Assembly (NCBI RefSeq): GCF_036365525.1
Contig: NC_090416.1
Span: 16,340,945-16,404,944, forward strand
Source of the DNA: Heterodontus francisci
Lineage: Eukaryota
Direction: 5' to 3'
DNA: 64,000 bases
Shown: piece after piece, positions 22,100 through 35,574 of the stretch
How positions within the stretch are numbered: the first letter of the stretch is position 1
Layout: each line of letters starts with the position of its first letter
The notes under the pieces: generated by a model
Databases searched by the model: none
The model's input: only the letters and a program-made list of their open reading frames with translations
Told to the model about the DNA's origin: nothing
Translations under genes and position numbers: made by a program

Positions 22100-23005
22100 C
22101 CTCGTGGGTTCAAGTCAAAATCCAGAGACTTGAGCACAAAAAACAGTCTCACATTCCCCGTGTCGTACTGAGGGAGCGCTGCACTGTCGGAGGGTCAGTA
22201 CTGAGGGAGTGCGGCACTGTCGGAGGGTCAGTACTGAGGGAGCGCTGCACTGTCGGAGGGTCAGTACTGAGGGAAAGCTGTATTGTCAGAGGGTCAGTAC
22301 TGAGGGAGTGCTGCACTGTCAGAGGGTCAGTACTGAGAGAGTGCTGCACTGTCGGAGGGTCAGTACTGAGGGAGTGCGGCACTGTCGGAGGTTCAGTACT
22401 GAGGGAGTGCCGCACTGTCAGAGGGTCAGTACTGAGGGAGTGCGGCACTGTCGGAGGGTCAGTACTGAGGGAGCGCTGCACTGTCGGAGGGTCAGTACTG
22501 AGGGAAAGCTGTATTGTCAGAGGGTCAGTACTGAGGGAGTGCTGCACTGTCAGAGGGTCAGTACTGAGAGAGTGCTGCACTGTCGGAGGGTCAGTACTGA
22601 GGGAGTGCGGCACTGTCGGAGGTTCAGTACTGAGGGAGTGCCGCACTGTCAGAGGGTCAGTACTGAGGGAGTGCTGCACTGTCTGAGGGTCAGTACTGAG
22701 AGAGTGCTGCACTGTCAGAGGGTCAGTACTGAGGGAGTGCTGCACTGTCTGAGGTGCTATCTTCACAAGTCCCCCTCAGGTGGACATTATCGATCCCATG
22801 ACTCTATTTGAAGGAGAGCAGGTGCCCTGGACAATATATATTCCAACATTAACACCGAAAACTGTAACTGGTCATTATCACATTGCTATTTCTGGGAGCT
22901 TGCTGTGTAAATGACTGTCAGATTTCCAGCATTTCAACAGTGACTACACTTCAAAACACACTTCAAAAGTACGTCATTGGATGTAAACCACTTTGGGGCT
23001 GCCTA
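22100..23005 (+). mobile_element. DeuSINE with expanded 30-bp minisatellite (about 20 copies), unit 2
   Basis: As in unit 1. The array spans about 22165-22755. Confidence 0.75.
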
Positions 23006-23601
23006 GGGATCAGACCTCTCTGTCTCTCCATCTGTCTATCTGTCTATGTATCTGACCACCCATCTATTTATCTATCTGTCTGTCTATCTATCTGTCCATA
23101 TCTATCTCTCTATCTATCTATCCGTCCNNNNNNNNNNNNNNNNNNNNNNNNNNNNNNNNNNNNNNNNNNNNNNNNNNNNNNNNNNNNNNNNNNNNNNNNN
23201 NNNNNNNNNNNNNNNNNNNNNNNNNNNNNNNNNNNNNNNNNNNNNNNNNNNNNNNNNNNNNNNNNNNNNNNNNNNNNNNNNNNNNNNNNNNNNNNNNNNN
23301 NNNNNNNNNNNNNNNNNNNNNNNNNNNNNNNNNATCTCTCCATNNNNNNNNNNNNNNNNNNNNNNNNNNNNNNNNNNNNNNNNNNNNNNNNNNNNNNNNN
23401 NNNNNNNNNNNNNNNNNNNNNNNNNNNNNNNNNNNNNNNNNNNNNNNNNNNNNNNNNNNNNNNNNNNNNNNNNNNNNNNNNNNNNNNNNNNNNNNNNNNN
23501 NNNNNNNNNNNNNNNNNNNNNNNNNNNNNNNNNNNNNNNNNNNNCATCTCTTGCTATCTGTCTATCTCTCTGTCTATCTATCGATCTATCTATCTGACTG
23601 A

Positions 23602-23647
<46 letters not shown>

Positions 23648-23649
23648 GT

Positions 23650-24395
23650 CTCGGAGGGCGGAGTTCCAGACCGAGAAGTCTAAAAAACTTACTTCGGGGA
23701 TTCTCGGACAGACTCGGAGGGCGGAATTAACCTCGGGGATTCTCGGACAGATTCGGCGGGCGGAGTTCACCTCGGGGATTCTGGGACAGACTCGGAGGGC
23801 GGAGTTAACCTCGGGGATTCTGGGACAGACTCGGAGGGCGGAGAGAACCTCGGGTATTCTCGGACAGACTCGGAGGGCGGAGTTAACCTCGGGGATTCTC
23901 GGACTGACTCGAAGGGCGCAGTTAACCTCGGGGATTCTCGGACAGACTCGGAGGGCGGAGTTAACCTCGGGGATTCTCGGACAGACTCGGAGGGCGGAGT
24001 TAACCTCGGGGATTCTGGGACAGACTCGGAGGGCGGAGAGAACCTCGGGTATTCTCGGACAGACTCGGAGGGCGGAGTTAACCTCGGGGATTCTCGGACT
24101 GACTCGAAGGGCGCAGTTAACCTCGGGGATTCTCGGACAGACTCGGAGGGCGGAGTTAACCTCGGGGATTCTCGGACTGACTCGGAGGGCGGAGTTAATC
24201 TCGGGGATTCTCGGACAGACTCGGAGGGCGGAGTTAACCTCGGGGATTCTCGGACAGACTCGGAGGGCGGAGTTGACCTCGGGGATTCTCGGACAGACTC
24301 GGAGGGCGGAGTTAATCTCGGGGATTTTCGGACAGACTCGGAGGGCGGAGTTAACCTCGGGGATTCTCGGACAGACTCGGAGGGCGGTGTTCACC
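23650..24395 (+). repeat. 39-bp CpG-rich minisatellite (about 18 copies)
   Basis: Same monomer. Confidence 0.95.
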
Positions 24396-24449
24396 TCGAT
24401 GGGTCGAAGGGCCTGTTTCAGTGCTGTATCTCTAAATAAAAAATAAAAA

Positions 24450-27400
24450 TAAATAAAATAATGTTTATAGTAGAAATCTAGCACGAGGGACCATATCGTT
24501 AATTATAACAATTTAGTAAGAATTTAATAAGTATTTATTTTATATTAATTAACTAATTAGTGATAGAAATGTCAGTTAAAGGGGTGAAGTGCTTCACCTG
24601 TGAGATGTGGGAAGTCCGTGACACTTCCAGCATTCCGGGCGACTCCGCCTGCAGGAAGTTTACCCAGTTGCAGCTCCTCACAGACCGCATGGATCGGTTG
24701 GAGCGGCAACTGGATGCACTTAGGAGCATGCAGGTGGCAGAAAGCATCACAGACAGGAGTTTTAGAGAAGTGGTTACACCCAATGTGCAGGCAGATAGAT
24801 GGGTGACCGCTAGAAGGTGCAGGCAGTCAGTGCAGGAATCCCCTGTGGCTATCCCCCTCTCTAACAAGTATACCGTTTTGGATACTGTTGGGGGGGGATG
24901 GCCTATCAGGGGAAAACAACAGCAGCAGCCAGAGCAGTGGCACCACGGCTGGCTCTGTTGTTCAGCAGGGAGGGACAAAGCGCAGAAGAGCAATAGTTAT
25001 AGGGGACTCTGTCGTCAATGGCACAGTTAGGCGCTTCTGTGGACGTGAAAGCGACTCCAGGATGGTATGTTGCCTACCTGGTGCCAGGGTCAATGATGTC
25101 TCTGAACGGACAGGGGGCATTCTGAAGGGCGAGGGTGAACAGCCAGAGGTTGTGGTACACATCGGTACCAATGACATAGGCAGGAAGAGTGATGAGGTCC
25201 TGCAGGGGGAGTTTAGGGAGTTAGGTAGAAAGTTAAAAAACAGGACCTCTAGGGTTGTAATCTCCAGATTAGTCCCTGTGCCACGTGCCAGAGAGGCTAG
25301 AAATAGGAAGATACTGCAGCTAAACACGTGGCTGAGCAGCTGGTGTCGAAGGGAGGGTTTCAGATATCTGGACCATTGGGCTCTCTTCAGGGACAGATGG
25401 GACCTGTACAAGAAGGACCGGTTGCATCTAAACTGGAGGGGCACTAATATCCTGGCTGCAAAGTTTGCTAGCGTCACTCGGGAGGGTTTCAACTAGTGTG
25501 GCAGGGGGATGGGAACCAGAGCAGTGGGACAGCTAGAAAAATAAATGAGGAGGACATAGTAAATAAGGCCAGAAAGACTAAGTGGAAGAGCAGGCAGGGA
25601 GATGTTGCTGAGCACAGCGGGACTGGTGCTCTGAAGTGCATTTTTTTCAATGCGAGAAGTATAACAGGTAAGGCAGATGAACTGAGAGCTTGGATTAGTA
25701 CTTGGAAATATGATGTTGTTGCTATTACAGAGACTTGATTGAGGGAAGGGCAGGATTGGCAGCTAAATGTTCCAGGCTTTAGAAGCTTCAGGCGGGATAG
25801 AGGGGGGTGTAAAAGGGATGGGGGAGTTGCATAACTGGTTCAGGAGAATATCACAGCTGTACTGCGGGAGGACACCTCAGAGAGGTCATGCAGCGAGGCA
25901 ATATGGGTGGAGCTCAGGAATAGGAAGGGTGCAGTCACGATGTTGGGGGTTTACTACAGGCCTCCCAACAGCCAGCGGGAGGTAGAGGAGCAGATATGTA
26001 GACAGATTTTGGAAAGATGTAAAGGTAACAGGGTTGTGGTGGTGGGTGATTTTAACTTCCCCTATATTGACTGGGACTCACTTAGTGCTAGGGGCTTGAA
26101 TGGGGCAGAATTTGTGAGGAGCATCCAGGAGGGCTTCTTGAAACAGTATGTAGATAGTCCAACTAGGGATAGGGCCATTCTGGACCTGGTATTGGGGAAT
26201 GAGCCCGGCCAGGCAGTCGAAGTTTCAGTGGGGGAACATTTCGGGAGCAGCGACCATAATTCCATAAGTTTTAAGATACTTGTGGATAAGGATAAGAGTA
26301 GTCCTCGGGTGAAGGTGCTAAATTGGGGGAAGGCTAATTATAACAATATTAGGCAGGAATTGAAGAATTTAGATTGGGGGCGGCTGTTTGAGGGTAAATC
26401 AACATCTGACATGTGGGAGTCTTTCAAACGTCAGCTGATTAGAATCCAGGACCAGCATGTTCCTGTGAGGAAGAAAGACAAGTTTGGCATGTTTCGGGAA
26501 ATTTGGATAACACTGGATATTGTGAGCCTAGTCGAAAAGAAAAAGGAAGCATTTGTAAGGGCTGGAAGGCTAGGAACAGACGAAGCACTTGAGGAATATA
26601 AAGACAGTGGGAAGGAACTTAAGCAAGGAGTTAGGAGGGCTAAAAGGGGTCTTAAAAAGTCATTGGCAAACAGGATTAATAAGAATCCAAAGGCTTTTTA
26701 TACATATATAAAGAGCAAGAGGGTAACCAGGGAAAGGGTTGGCCCACTCAAGGATAGAGAAGGGAATCTATGTGTGGAGCCAGAGGGAATGGGCGAGGTG
26801 CTAAATGAGTACTTTGCATCAGTATTCACCAAAGAGAAGGACTTGGTGGATGATGAGCCTAGGGAAGGGAGTGCAGATAGTCTCAGTCATCTCATTATCA
26901 AAAAGGAGGAGGTGTTGGGTGTCTTGCAAAGCATTAAGGTAGATAAGTCCCCAGGGCCTGATGGGATCTACCCTAGAATACTGAGGGAGGCAAGGGAAGA
27001 AATTGCTGGGGCTTGACAGAAATCTTTGCATCATCATTGGCTGCAGGTGAGGCCCAAGAGGACTGGAGAAAAGCTAATGTTGTTCCTTTGTTTAAGAAGG
27101 GTGGCAAGGATAATCCAGGAAATTATAGGCCGGTGAGCCTTACGTCAGTGGTAGGTAAATTATTAGGGAGGATTCTTCGGGACAGAATTTACTCCCATTT
27201 GGAAACAAACGAACTTATTAGCGAGAGACAGCATGGTTTTGTGCAGGGGATGTCATGTCTTACTAATTTGATTGAGTCTTTTGAGGAAGTGACGAAGATG
27301 ATTGATGAAGGAAGGGCAGTGGATGTTATCTATATGGACTTTATTAAAGCCTTTGAGAAGGTTCCGCGTGGCAGACTGGTACAAAAGGTGAAGTCACACG

Positions 27401-28262
27401 GGATCAGAGGTGAGCTGGCAAGATGGATACAGAACTGGCTCGGTCATAGAAGACAGAGGGTATCAGTGGAAGGGTGCTTTTCTGAATGGAGGGATGTGAC
27501 TAGTGGTGTTCCGCAGGGATGAGTGCTGAGGAGTATTGACAGACAGAGAAATCTGGGCGTATAGGTCCACAGGTCACTGAAAGTGGCAACGCAGGTGGAT
27601 AAGGTAGTCAAGAAGGCATACGGCATGCTTGCCATCATTGGTCGGGGCATAGAGTATAAAAATTGTCAAGTCATGTTGCAGCTGTACAGAACCTTAGTTA
27701 GGCCACACTTAGAATATTGCGTGCAATTCTGGTCGCCACACTACCAGAAGGACGTGGAGGCTTTGGAGAGGGTACAAAGGAGGTTTACGGATGCTGCCTG
27801 GTCTGGAGGGCATTAACTATGAGGAGAGGTTGGAAAAAGTCGGTTTGTTTTCACTGGAACGACGGAGGTGGAGGGGCGACATGATAGAGGTTTACAAAGT
27901 TATGAGCGGCATGGACAGAGTGGATAGTCAGAAGCTTTTTCCCAGGGTGGAAGAGTCAGTTACTAGGGGACATCGGTTTAAGGTGCGAGGGGCAAAGTTT
28001 AGAGGGGATGTGCGAGGCAAGTTTTTGACACAGAGGGTGGTGAGTGCCTGGAACTTGCTGCCAGGGGAGGTGGTGGAAGCAGATACGATAGCGACGTTTA
28101 AGAGACATCTTGACAAATACTTGAATAGGATGGGAATAGAGGGATACGGTCCCCAGAAGTGCAGAAGTTGTTAGTTTAGACAGGCATCAAGATCGGTGCA
28201 GGCTTGGAGGGTCGAATGGTCTGTTCCTGTGTGGTACTGTTCTTTGTTCTTGTTCTTTGTTC
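24450..28262 (+). mobile_element. CR1-clade LINE, unit 2 (258-bp deletion removing the RT catalytic motif)
   Basis: Same motifs as unit 1. Deletion junction gagtgctg|aggagtatt at 27528/27529. Confidence 0.93.
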
Positions 28263-31200
28263 TCTCTGTCNNNNNNNNNNNNNNNNNNNNNNNNNNNNNN
28301 NNNNNNNNNNNNNNNNNNNNNNNNNNNNNNNNNNNNNNNNNNNNNNNNNNNNNNNNNNNNNNNNNNNNNNNNNNNNNNNNNNNNNNNNNNNNNNNNNNNN
28401 NNNCTCGCTCTATCTATTTGTCTGTCTGTTCATCTCTATCTATCTGTCTGTCCATCTCTGTCTGTCTGTCTGTCTATCCCTCAGTACTGACCCTTTGACA
28501 GTGCGGCACTCCCTCAGTACTGACCCTTTGGGAACTGAATATTCCAGGGTATTTGACAGTTTGGAATGACAGGAAGCAAGGAAAAGGAGGTGGTGTAGTT
28601 CAGTTAATAAAGGATGAGATCAGTACAGTGGTGAGAAATGATCTTGTATCAGAAAATCAAGATGTGGAATCAGTTTCGGTGGAGATATGAAATAGCAAAA
28701 ATTCATACTGGAGCTGCACTCTGGAACAGAGTATAAATCAAGAAATAAGGGGGGCTTGTAAGGAAAATACTGCAGTAATCCTGGGTGATTTTAATCTTCA
28801 TATAGATTGGAGTAATCAAACTGGTAAAGTTAGATAGAGGATGAGTTCATGGAGTGTACTCAGGACAGTTTCTTAGAACAATACACTCTGGAACCAATCC
28901 GGGAGCAGGATATTTTAGACCTGGTAATGAGTAAGGAGACGGAATTAATTAATGACCTCTTAGTAAAGGAAGAATAGAAAAGTAGAATATTATTTACATG
29001 GAGAGAGACTGCAGAATGCTGCAGTACAGAGGGATCTGGGTGTCCTTGTACATGGATCACAAAATGTTAACATGCAGGTTCAGCAAGTAATTAGGAAGAG
29101 AAATTGAATGTTGGTATTTATTGCAATGGGGATGGAGTATAAAAGTAGGGACATCTTGCTACAACTGTACCGGGTATTGGTGAGACCGCACATAGATTAC
29201 TGCATACAGTTTTGGTCTCCTTATTTAAGGAGGGATATACTTGCATTGGAAGCAAGGTTCACTTGGCTGATTCCTGGGATGAAGGGATTGTCTTGTGAGG
29301 AAAGGTTGAGAAGGTTGGGCCTGGACTCATTGGAGTTTAGAAGAATGAGAGGTGATCTTATTGAAAAGTGTAACGTTCTGAAGGGGTTTGACGGGGTAGA
29401 TACTGAGAGGATGTTTCCCCTCGTGGGGGAATCTAGAACTAGGGGGAATAGTTACAGAATACGGGGTCTCCCATTTAAGACGGAGATGAGGAGGAATTTC
29501 TTCTCTGAGGGTCATTAATCTTTGGAATTCTCTTCCCCAGGGAGCAGTGGAGGCTGGGTCATTGAATATATTCAAGGCTGAGTTGGAGAGTTTTTTGATC
29601 TACAAGGGAGTTGAGGGTTATGGTGGGGGGCAGACAGGAAAGTGGAGATAAGGTCACAATCAGATCATCCATGATCTTATCGAATGGCGGAACAGGCTCG
29701 AGGGGCCGAATGGCCTTCTCCTGTTCTTATTTCTTATGCTTTTATGTTGAAGATATCGTACCTGCTGTATTCAATAGCTGTCCAGGTCTTTAAAGCCCAA
29801 AGTGGCCGTAACTGTTCCTATCTGTGCAGAGAGCCCTTGGCAGTAATATAATATAATGAAAATGGCCTGGCTGAAACTCCCCGGGTCTGGATATCTCAGT
29901 ACAGATCGGGGAAGGGGTGGTCGGAGTGCTGGAATCTGGGCCTTCCCAGCAAGTGTCCTGTAAGGGAACTGAATGACCTCAACGAAGGAACGAGTTCACA
30001 GAGGGAGATGAGGCTGATGTGATTGTAGTGTGTGCGAACAAGAGGAGGCCATTCAGCCCTTCGAGACTGCTGTGCCATTCCATTAGATCATAGCTGGTCT
30101 GTACCTTAACCCCATATACCCTGCCTTAGCTCCATAGTCCTTGCTGCCCTTACCCAATAAAAATCTATCAACCACAATCTTTATAACTCCAATTTTTAAT
30201 GAAGTGCATTTCTATAGCGTCTTTCACAACCTCAGGATGTTCCCAAAGTGCTTCGCAGCCAATGAAATACCTTGAAAAGCAATATTGGGAAATGAAGAAT
30301 GGGATGTAGAGCAGGAGGAGTTCAGTTCAGTTCTCCTGAGGGGCCCAGTCCAGATAATGGGTTGTTTTGTTGTAAATGTGTGACGTGTCCAAGAATGTAA
30401 CCGTTTAACGGTGTTTCTCGGATTTCCGTCCTGTTTCTGTGTGTTTCAGAGCAGGGGAACTGGGCCCAGATGCTGCTGCTCTCTGCTGCTTATCAGACAG
30501 TGAACAGGGATGTTTCGGTTCCTCCCCGAGGCTCCTCTCCCACCCCCTGCAGCGAGTGACCACACCACCTGCACCACATCACAAACAAGACAAAAACAGC
30601 ATCGATTTGGGTATCAGGATCTAAAATAAGGCTTTCAGAACACCGCCCAGGTCCCCTGTGGTTGATGACGAGGGCCTGATCTGAGCTGCATTCAGTGCCA
30701 TTCTCAGACCCAGTCTGGAACCTGGCTGTTCGGCCATGTGAATCATCAACATTGTAGATTTAACTGGACTGATAAACGTTTGATGGCCTTTAAGATACTC
30801 CTTAAAACCTACCTCTTTGACCGAGCTTTTGGTCACCTGCTCTAATATCTCCGAATGTGGCTCAGCATTAAACTTTGTTTGCTGACGCCCCTTGCGACGT
30901 TTTATTACATTAAAGGCGCCATATAAATGCAGATTGGTGGTTGTTTGCAGATGACAATTCGTTGAAGACCTTAATAACTAACCGACTGCAGGCCATGAAG
31001 TACATCAACTAAAGCCACAATTAAAACTCAAGGCTTCTGATGTAAGTACAATACTGAAGGAATACCGCACTGCCGGAGGGGCTATCTGTCACTTGGAATC
31101 TGCCCTCTGTTAAAGATACTGCAACCCCCATTTATAAAAGAGTTGGGGAGTTCTCCCCCACCCCCGTGTCTTGGCTGATATTTATCCTTCAATCAATATC

Positions 31201-33492
31201 ACAAAAAAAGATCACCTGGGTCATTATCTCATTGTTATGTGTGTGGGATCATGCTGTGCACAAATTGTCTGCTGTGTTTCCTACATTGCAACAGTTGACT
31301 AGACTTCAAAAAAAATACTTGGTTGGCTGTAAAGCGCTGTGGGACATTCTGAAGCTGTGAAAGGAGGCTCACTGTCACCTTCTCAGGGGGACAAATAGTG
31401 ATGGACAATAAATGGCTGGTCTTACCAGAGATGCCCACATCTCGAGAATGAAGAAGTGCAGGTTCTGTCTCTCTGGACGCTGTGATGTCCCCTTGTAAAA
31501 CATACTGAAACTAAATAGTTCTAAAAACATCTGCATAAATACAGCATCCTCAGACTCGAGATGAGGATTAAACCTACATTTAATACCTCTTTAAGTGCGT
31601 GGCCCCTTTAAGGTGTGCTGAGGGACTGGGCTTTTCCAGCACTCTCTGTCCATTTACTCTTTGAGGTGATGCAACCGATACTCTCTCCACAGCCGGGGGC
31701 TCAGTTAACAGCCCTTCCCTCTTATGGCCCCTAGTTCTGCTCTCACCCGCAAGTGGAAACGTCTCGCCTTATCGAGTCCTTTCATAACCTTAAAGGGCTC
31801 CATCAGGTCCTACCCTCCCCCCCTCTCAGTCTTCTCTTTTCAACCTATCCTGGTAGCCTATCTCAGTACTGGTACCATCCCAGCACATCTTTTCTTGCAC
31901 CTTCTCCAGTGTCATTTTATAATATGGAGACGGGAACAGTGCACAGTAATTCCAAGTGTGGTCTAACTGAGGTTCCCTACAAGTTTGACTTAATGTATCT
32001 GCTTCTCAATTCTATCCCTCGAGAAATTAACCCCGGTGTTTGGATTGCTTTTTATATGGCCTTATTCAGCAGCATTGCTGCAGTTACTCTATAACCCTCG
32101 ATCCACAACCCTATTTAGACTCTTTCTTCCCCACCTCCCCCTCCCTCCAGGACTAGGTGACCTCATTCATCCTCCCAAAAAGTAGCACCTCACACTTATC
32201 CAGACTGACCTTCATTTGCCAATTACACACCCATTCTGCATGTCCTGTCATTTGTGATGGACCTAATATTAACTGCAGCCTCCCCCAATTTGGAGTCATC
32301 AGCAAACTGATCCCGTGCCATCCTATCTCTCGGACCGGGATAGTGAGCAGTTCTCCCTGGGAGGGACGGTATTTTATTCCAAACAGAGGCTTTTCCTGTA
32401 AATCACATACAATGATGGTCTAGTATGGGAGAAACTACACTTTAGGATGGGAGGGTTGTTGAGAGGGTGCAGAGGAGGTTTACTGGAATGGTTCCAGGGA
32501 TGGGGGAATTCTAGTTATAAGGTCAGCCTGGAGAAGCTGGGATTGTTTTCCTTGGAGCGAAGGAGATTGCAGGGAGATTTAATAGAGGTGGACAAGATTA
32601 TGACAGATCTGGATAGAGTAGACAAGGAAAAACAGTTCCCATTAACTGATGGTACAAGGGCTAGGGGACACATATTGAACGTTTTGGGCAAGGGATACAA
32701 GGGGGGGGGGGGGATGTGAGGAAGAATTTATTTATTTTTAAATGCAGTGAGTGACAATGACCTGGAACTCAGTGCCTACCAGAGTGGTGGAAGCTGGAGA
32801 CAATGATTTCAGTAACAAACTGGGGTGGGGGGGGGGGGGGGGTGGGGGGGACACTTGAAGGAAATAAATTCGCAGGGGGCCACGGGGGTGCGGAGAGTGG
32901 GACTGACTGGATTGCACTACGGGGAGCTGGCACGGACCCGAGGGGCCGAATAGCCTCCTTCTGTGCCAGAAATGAAATCGAATTCGTTTAAAATAGTTAA
33001 CTCTGCTTGAATATTTTTTTTTAAATCTGCCCAAAAGAAAATTCCTCTAATCGCCATTATTCGTACAGTTAACCACTGACTTGCACCAATATCCACCTCA
33101 ACTCACCCCCACCCCCTCCCCACAAAAAATAACAGAGCAATTTGAATTCATGTCATCTTTATTAAAACAGCCACACACAGAGAGATACATTTTTCAATTC
33201 TAACAAATGGTACTACTGAGAGAAAGGAGAGAGGGAGCAGAACCCATCCAGCTCCAAATGGGAATGTACTCCCGGGATAGGTGGTCCTGATATTCACTGT
33301 CACCCACCTGCGCCCCCCAGTTAAAATTGGATCCAAAATTGGATCGTTAAACTGCGATTGAAGTGACTGTTTCAACATCGTTGGCCACATTTGCTACAGT
33401 GATTACATTGTAAAACAACAACAACAACATTCCACATATTGAATAATATTTCATCAGCAATAAATCAAACTCTAAACCCCAGTTGCTCCCTC

Positions 33493-33821
33493 TCAGTCGG
33501 AACAAGCGGTGGAGCTGATGGTTTTGAGGAGAGGTGAGCTCAGAGAGCCGTGGTCCACACTGCAGGTATAGCTGGAGCCCTTATTCCAGGCAGTGGCGGG
33601 GACTCTCAGGTAACTGCTCAGGCTGTAGGTTTGATCACTGTCCGTGGACACAGTGCCTGTGGTCACCCCGCTGTCTGTCTCTTTATCATCCACTCTCCAG
33701 AGAACCCGCACGAAACCCGGCTTAAAGCGGCTCACCAGGCAGGACAGAGTAGCCCATCCCGAGTCTATTTCTTCCGAGGAAGGAGGGAGCAGGAGAACTG
33801 ATGGTTTCCGATCCTCACTAC
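33493..33821 (-). CDS. IGL: Ig light chain constant exon, cluster 3
   Basis: Same acceptor and protein as cluster 1. Confidence 0.96.
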
Positions 33822-35155
33822 CTGTGTGTGAGAGACAGGGTGGAAGAAAGGAATCTCACTGTTAGTATCAATCATTTTTTCTAAAAGGCACATCCAGAAT
33901 TAGTAACACATACTATAATTTAAAACAAACATTTAACTTGACTTCAGACTTAGGTAGAGACAGTAAATAATACAATAGCCTGAGTGTTTCCAGCACTCGA
34001 TTTCAGATTTCCAGCATCTGCAGGATTTTGCTTTGATTGGATTAAAATTAAATATTTAGTCCAATCTTAACTCCCTGTCAATTGAGAGCTGGACTTGTAC
34101 ATGGATTCGAGACATTCAATATAAATTAATTAACTGAATATTAAATACAACAGACAATATCGAATTGTTTAAAATTCAGGGGCAGATTAAAATCAAAAGT
34201 TTAAAAATTGAGGAAGTTTCACATTTCGGATAGGCTGTACTGGAGGTCTTATGGAGGTGCTCGGAGTATGTATTGGGAGTAACTCAACCTCCCAGATCCA
34301 CACTCAGAGTTCGGTGATCACCTCACCAGGAAAAATTCTTTATTTATAAAAAAAAGTTTTAAAAGTAATAAAGTTCGGGGCGGTTTCCATTTAGAAAGTA
34401 GGTTAGACACTTCACATGAACGAACGACAGCCGGAAGGAGGGGGCTGGGAAGGGAGACGGGGACTGGGGGGTCGAGAGACCGGGTGCGTTAGGAACATAC
34501 AAGATGGGGTGGGGGGGCGCAGAATGAGGCCATTCGGTCCATCGAGTCCCTGCCTCTGCCTAACCCCACTTCCCAACTTTGGGAGTCTTTTTTTGAGGTG
34601 GGGGAGGGGGTGCTAGTGTCAAACTCGACCCCATTTGACTCTGAGTAAAATTCCTGTTTGTAAATCTTCCAGCAACACCCGGGGCAGGCTCGCTATTTAT
34701 ACAACAGTGCAGCGAATAGACGGAGAAGTCCACACCTGCACACTGCAGACCTGGCCGAACAGACTCGAGGGGCTGAATGGCCTTTCTCCCCTGTTCATTC
34801 TGCATTTTCTTTTGCCAATGTAGTTTTTCCTCGGTTCTGAGGAAAGGTCAGAGACCCGAAACTGTTCACCGTTTCTCCCTCTCTCTCCGCAGAGGCTGCC
34901 CAGACCTGCTGAGTATTTCCAGCATCTTCTGTTTTTTTTATTTCAGATTTCCAGCATCCGCAATTGTTTTGCTGCTATTTTAGTGTTTATTTTTCTACCC
35001 TCCAGAATCCAAATTCCCAGCACTGAATCAGTGGACAGAAAAATAAAAATCTGACCCAATTTGTTTTCACCGTTATCAGGGCAGATCCGATTCTGCAACA
35101 ATAAATGAATAAATAATTGAAACAATATGAATGATAGGATGAGGGAATTACTTAC

Positions 35156-35192
35156 TCCGTAAACTCAGGGCGGTCCCAGGTCCGAAGGTAAA
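35156..35192 (-). CDS. IGL: Ig light chain J segment, cluster 3 (FTFGPGTALSLR)
   Basis: FGxGT motif, donor, heptamer. Confidence 0.95.
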
Positions 35193-35231
35193 CACAGTGC
35201 AGTGTTTTAATGGGACGGGTCACTTAAAACC
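35193..35231 (+). promoter_or_regulatory. J 23-RSS, cluster 3 (CACAGTG-23-CTTAAAACC)
   Basis: Heptamer, 23-bp spacer, nonamer. Confidence 0.9.
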
Positions 35232-35546
35232 CAGGCTGGGAAGAAAGAGGGGAAAATATTAATAATCTGTCCTTTATCACATTCCCTTTCACATTCTGCC
35301 TTTCACAGGGGCCGGAATGCTGAGAGGCTGGAGAAAGATTTTCACATATCAGTGAGGAAACCTTGAGAATATCAGTGTTTACCTACCCAGCTAATAGTCC
35401 AAATATTGGGGAAAATCCAAATAAACCCATGGAAACCCAGTGAGATTTTCCACAAGTTACATAAGGAATATTTCTGAAGCTCATTACACAGTCTCAGGCA
35501 GGAATATTTCAGTAGCTGTTGGAATTCTGAGTGGTTCTGTTGATAC

Positions 35547-35574
35547 AGTTTTTGTATTGCCCTTTCTCACTGTG
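35547..35574 (-). promoter_or_regulatory. V 12-RSS, cluster 3
   Basis: CACAGTG-12-ACAAAAACT. Confidence 0.95.

Larger units (their letters stand above)
16313..33028. repeat. Tandem segmental unit 2
   Basis: Colinear copy of unit 1. It is 16716 bp long, with expanded VNTRs, no V-SINE and a deletion in the LINE RT. Confidence 0.97.

Noticed and set aside
23650-24395. CRISPR-like appearance of the 39-bp and 30-bp arrays
   Set aside because: The monomers are directly adjacent with no unique spacers, there are no cas genes, and the DNA is vertebrate.
22087-24484. Long ORFs with repeated peptides (VLRECCTVGGS, RVCPRIPEVNSAL) and ORFs running through N tracts
   Set aside because: These are artefacts of stop-free minisatellites with periods divisible by 3, and of N runs.
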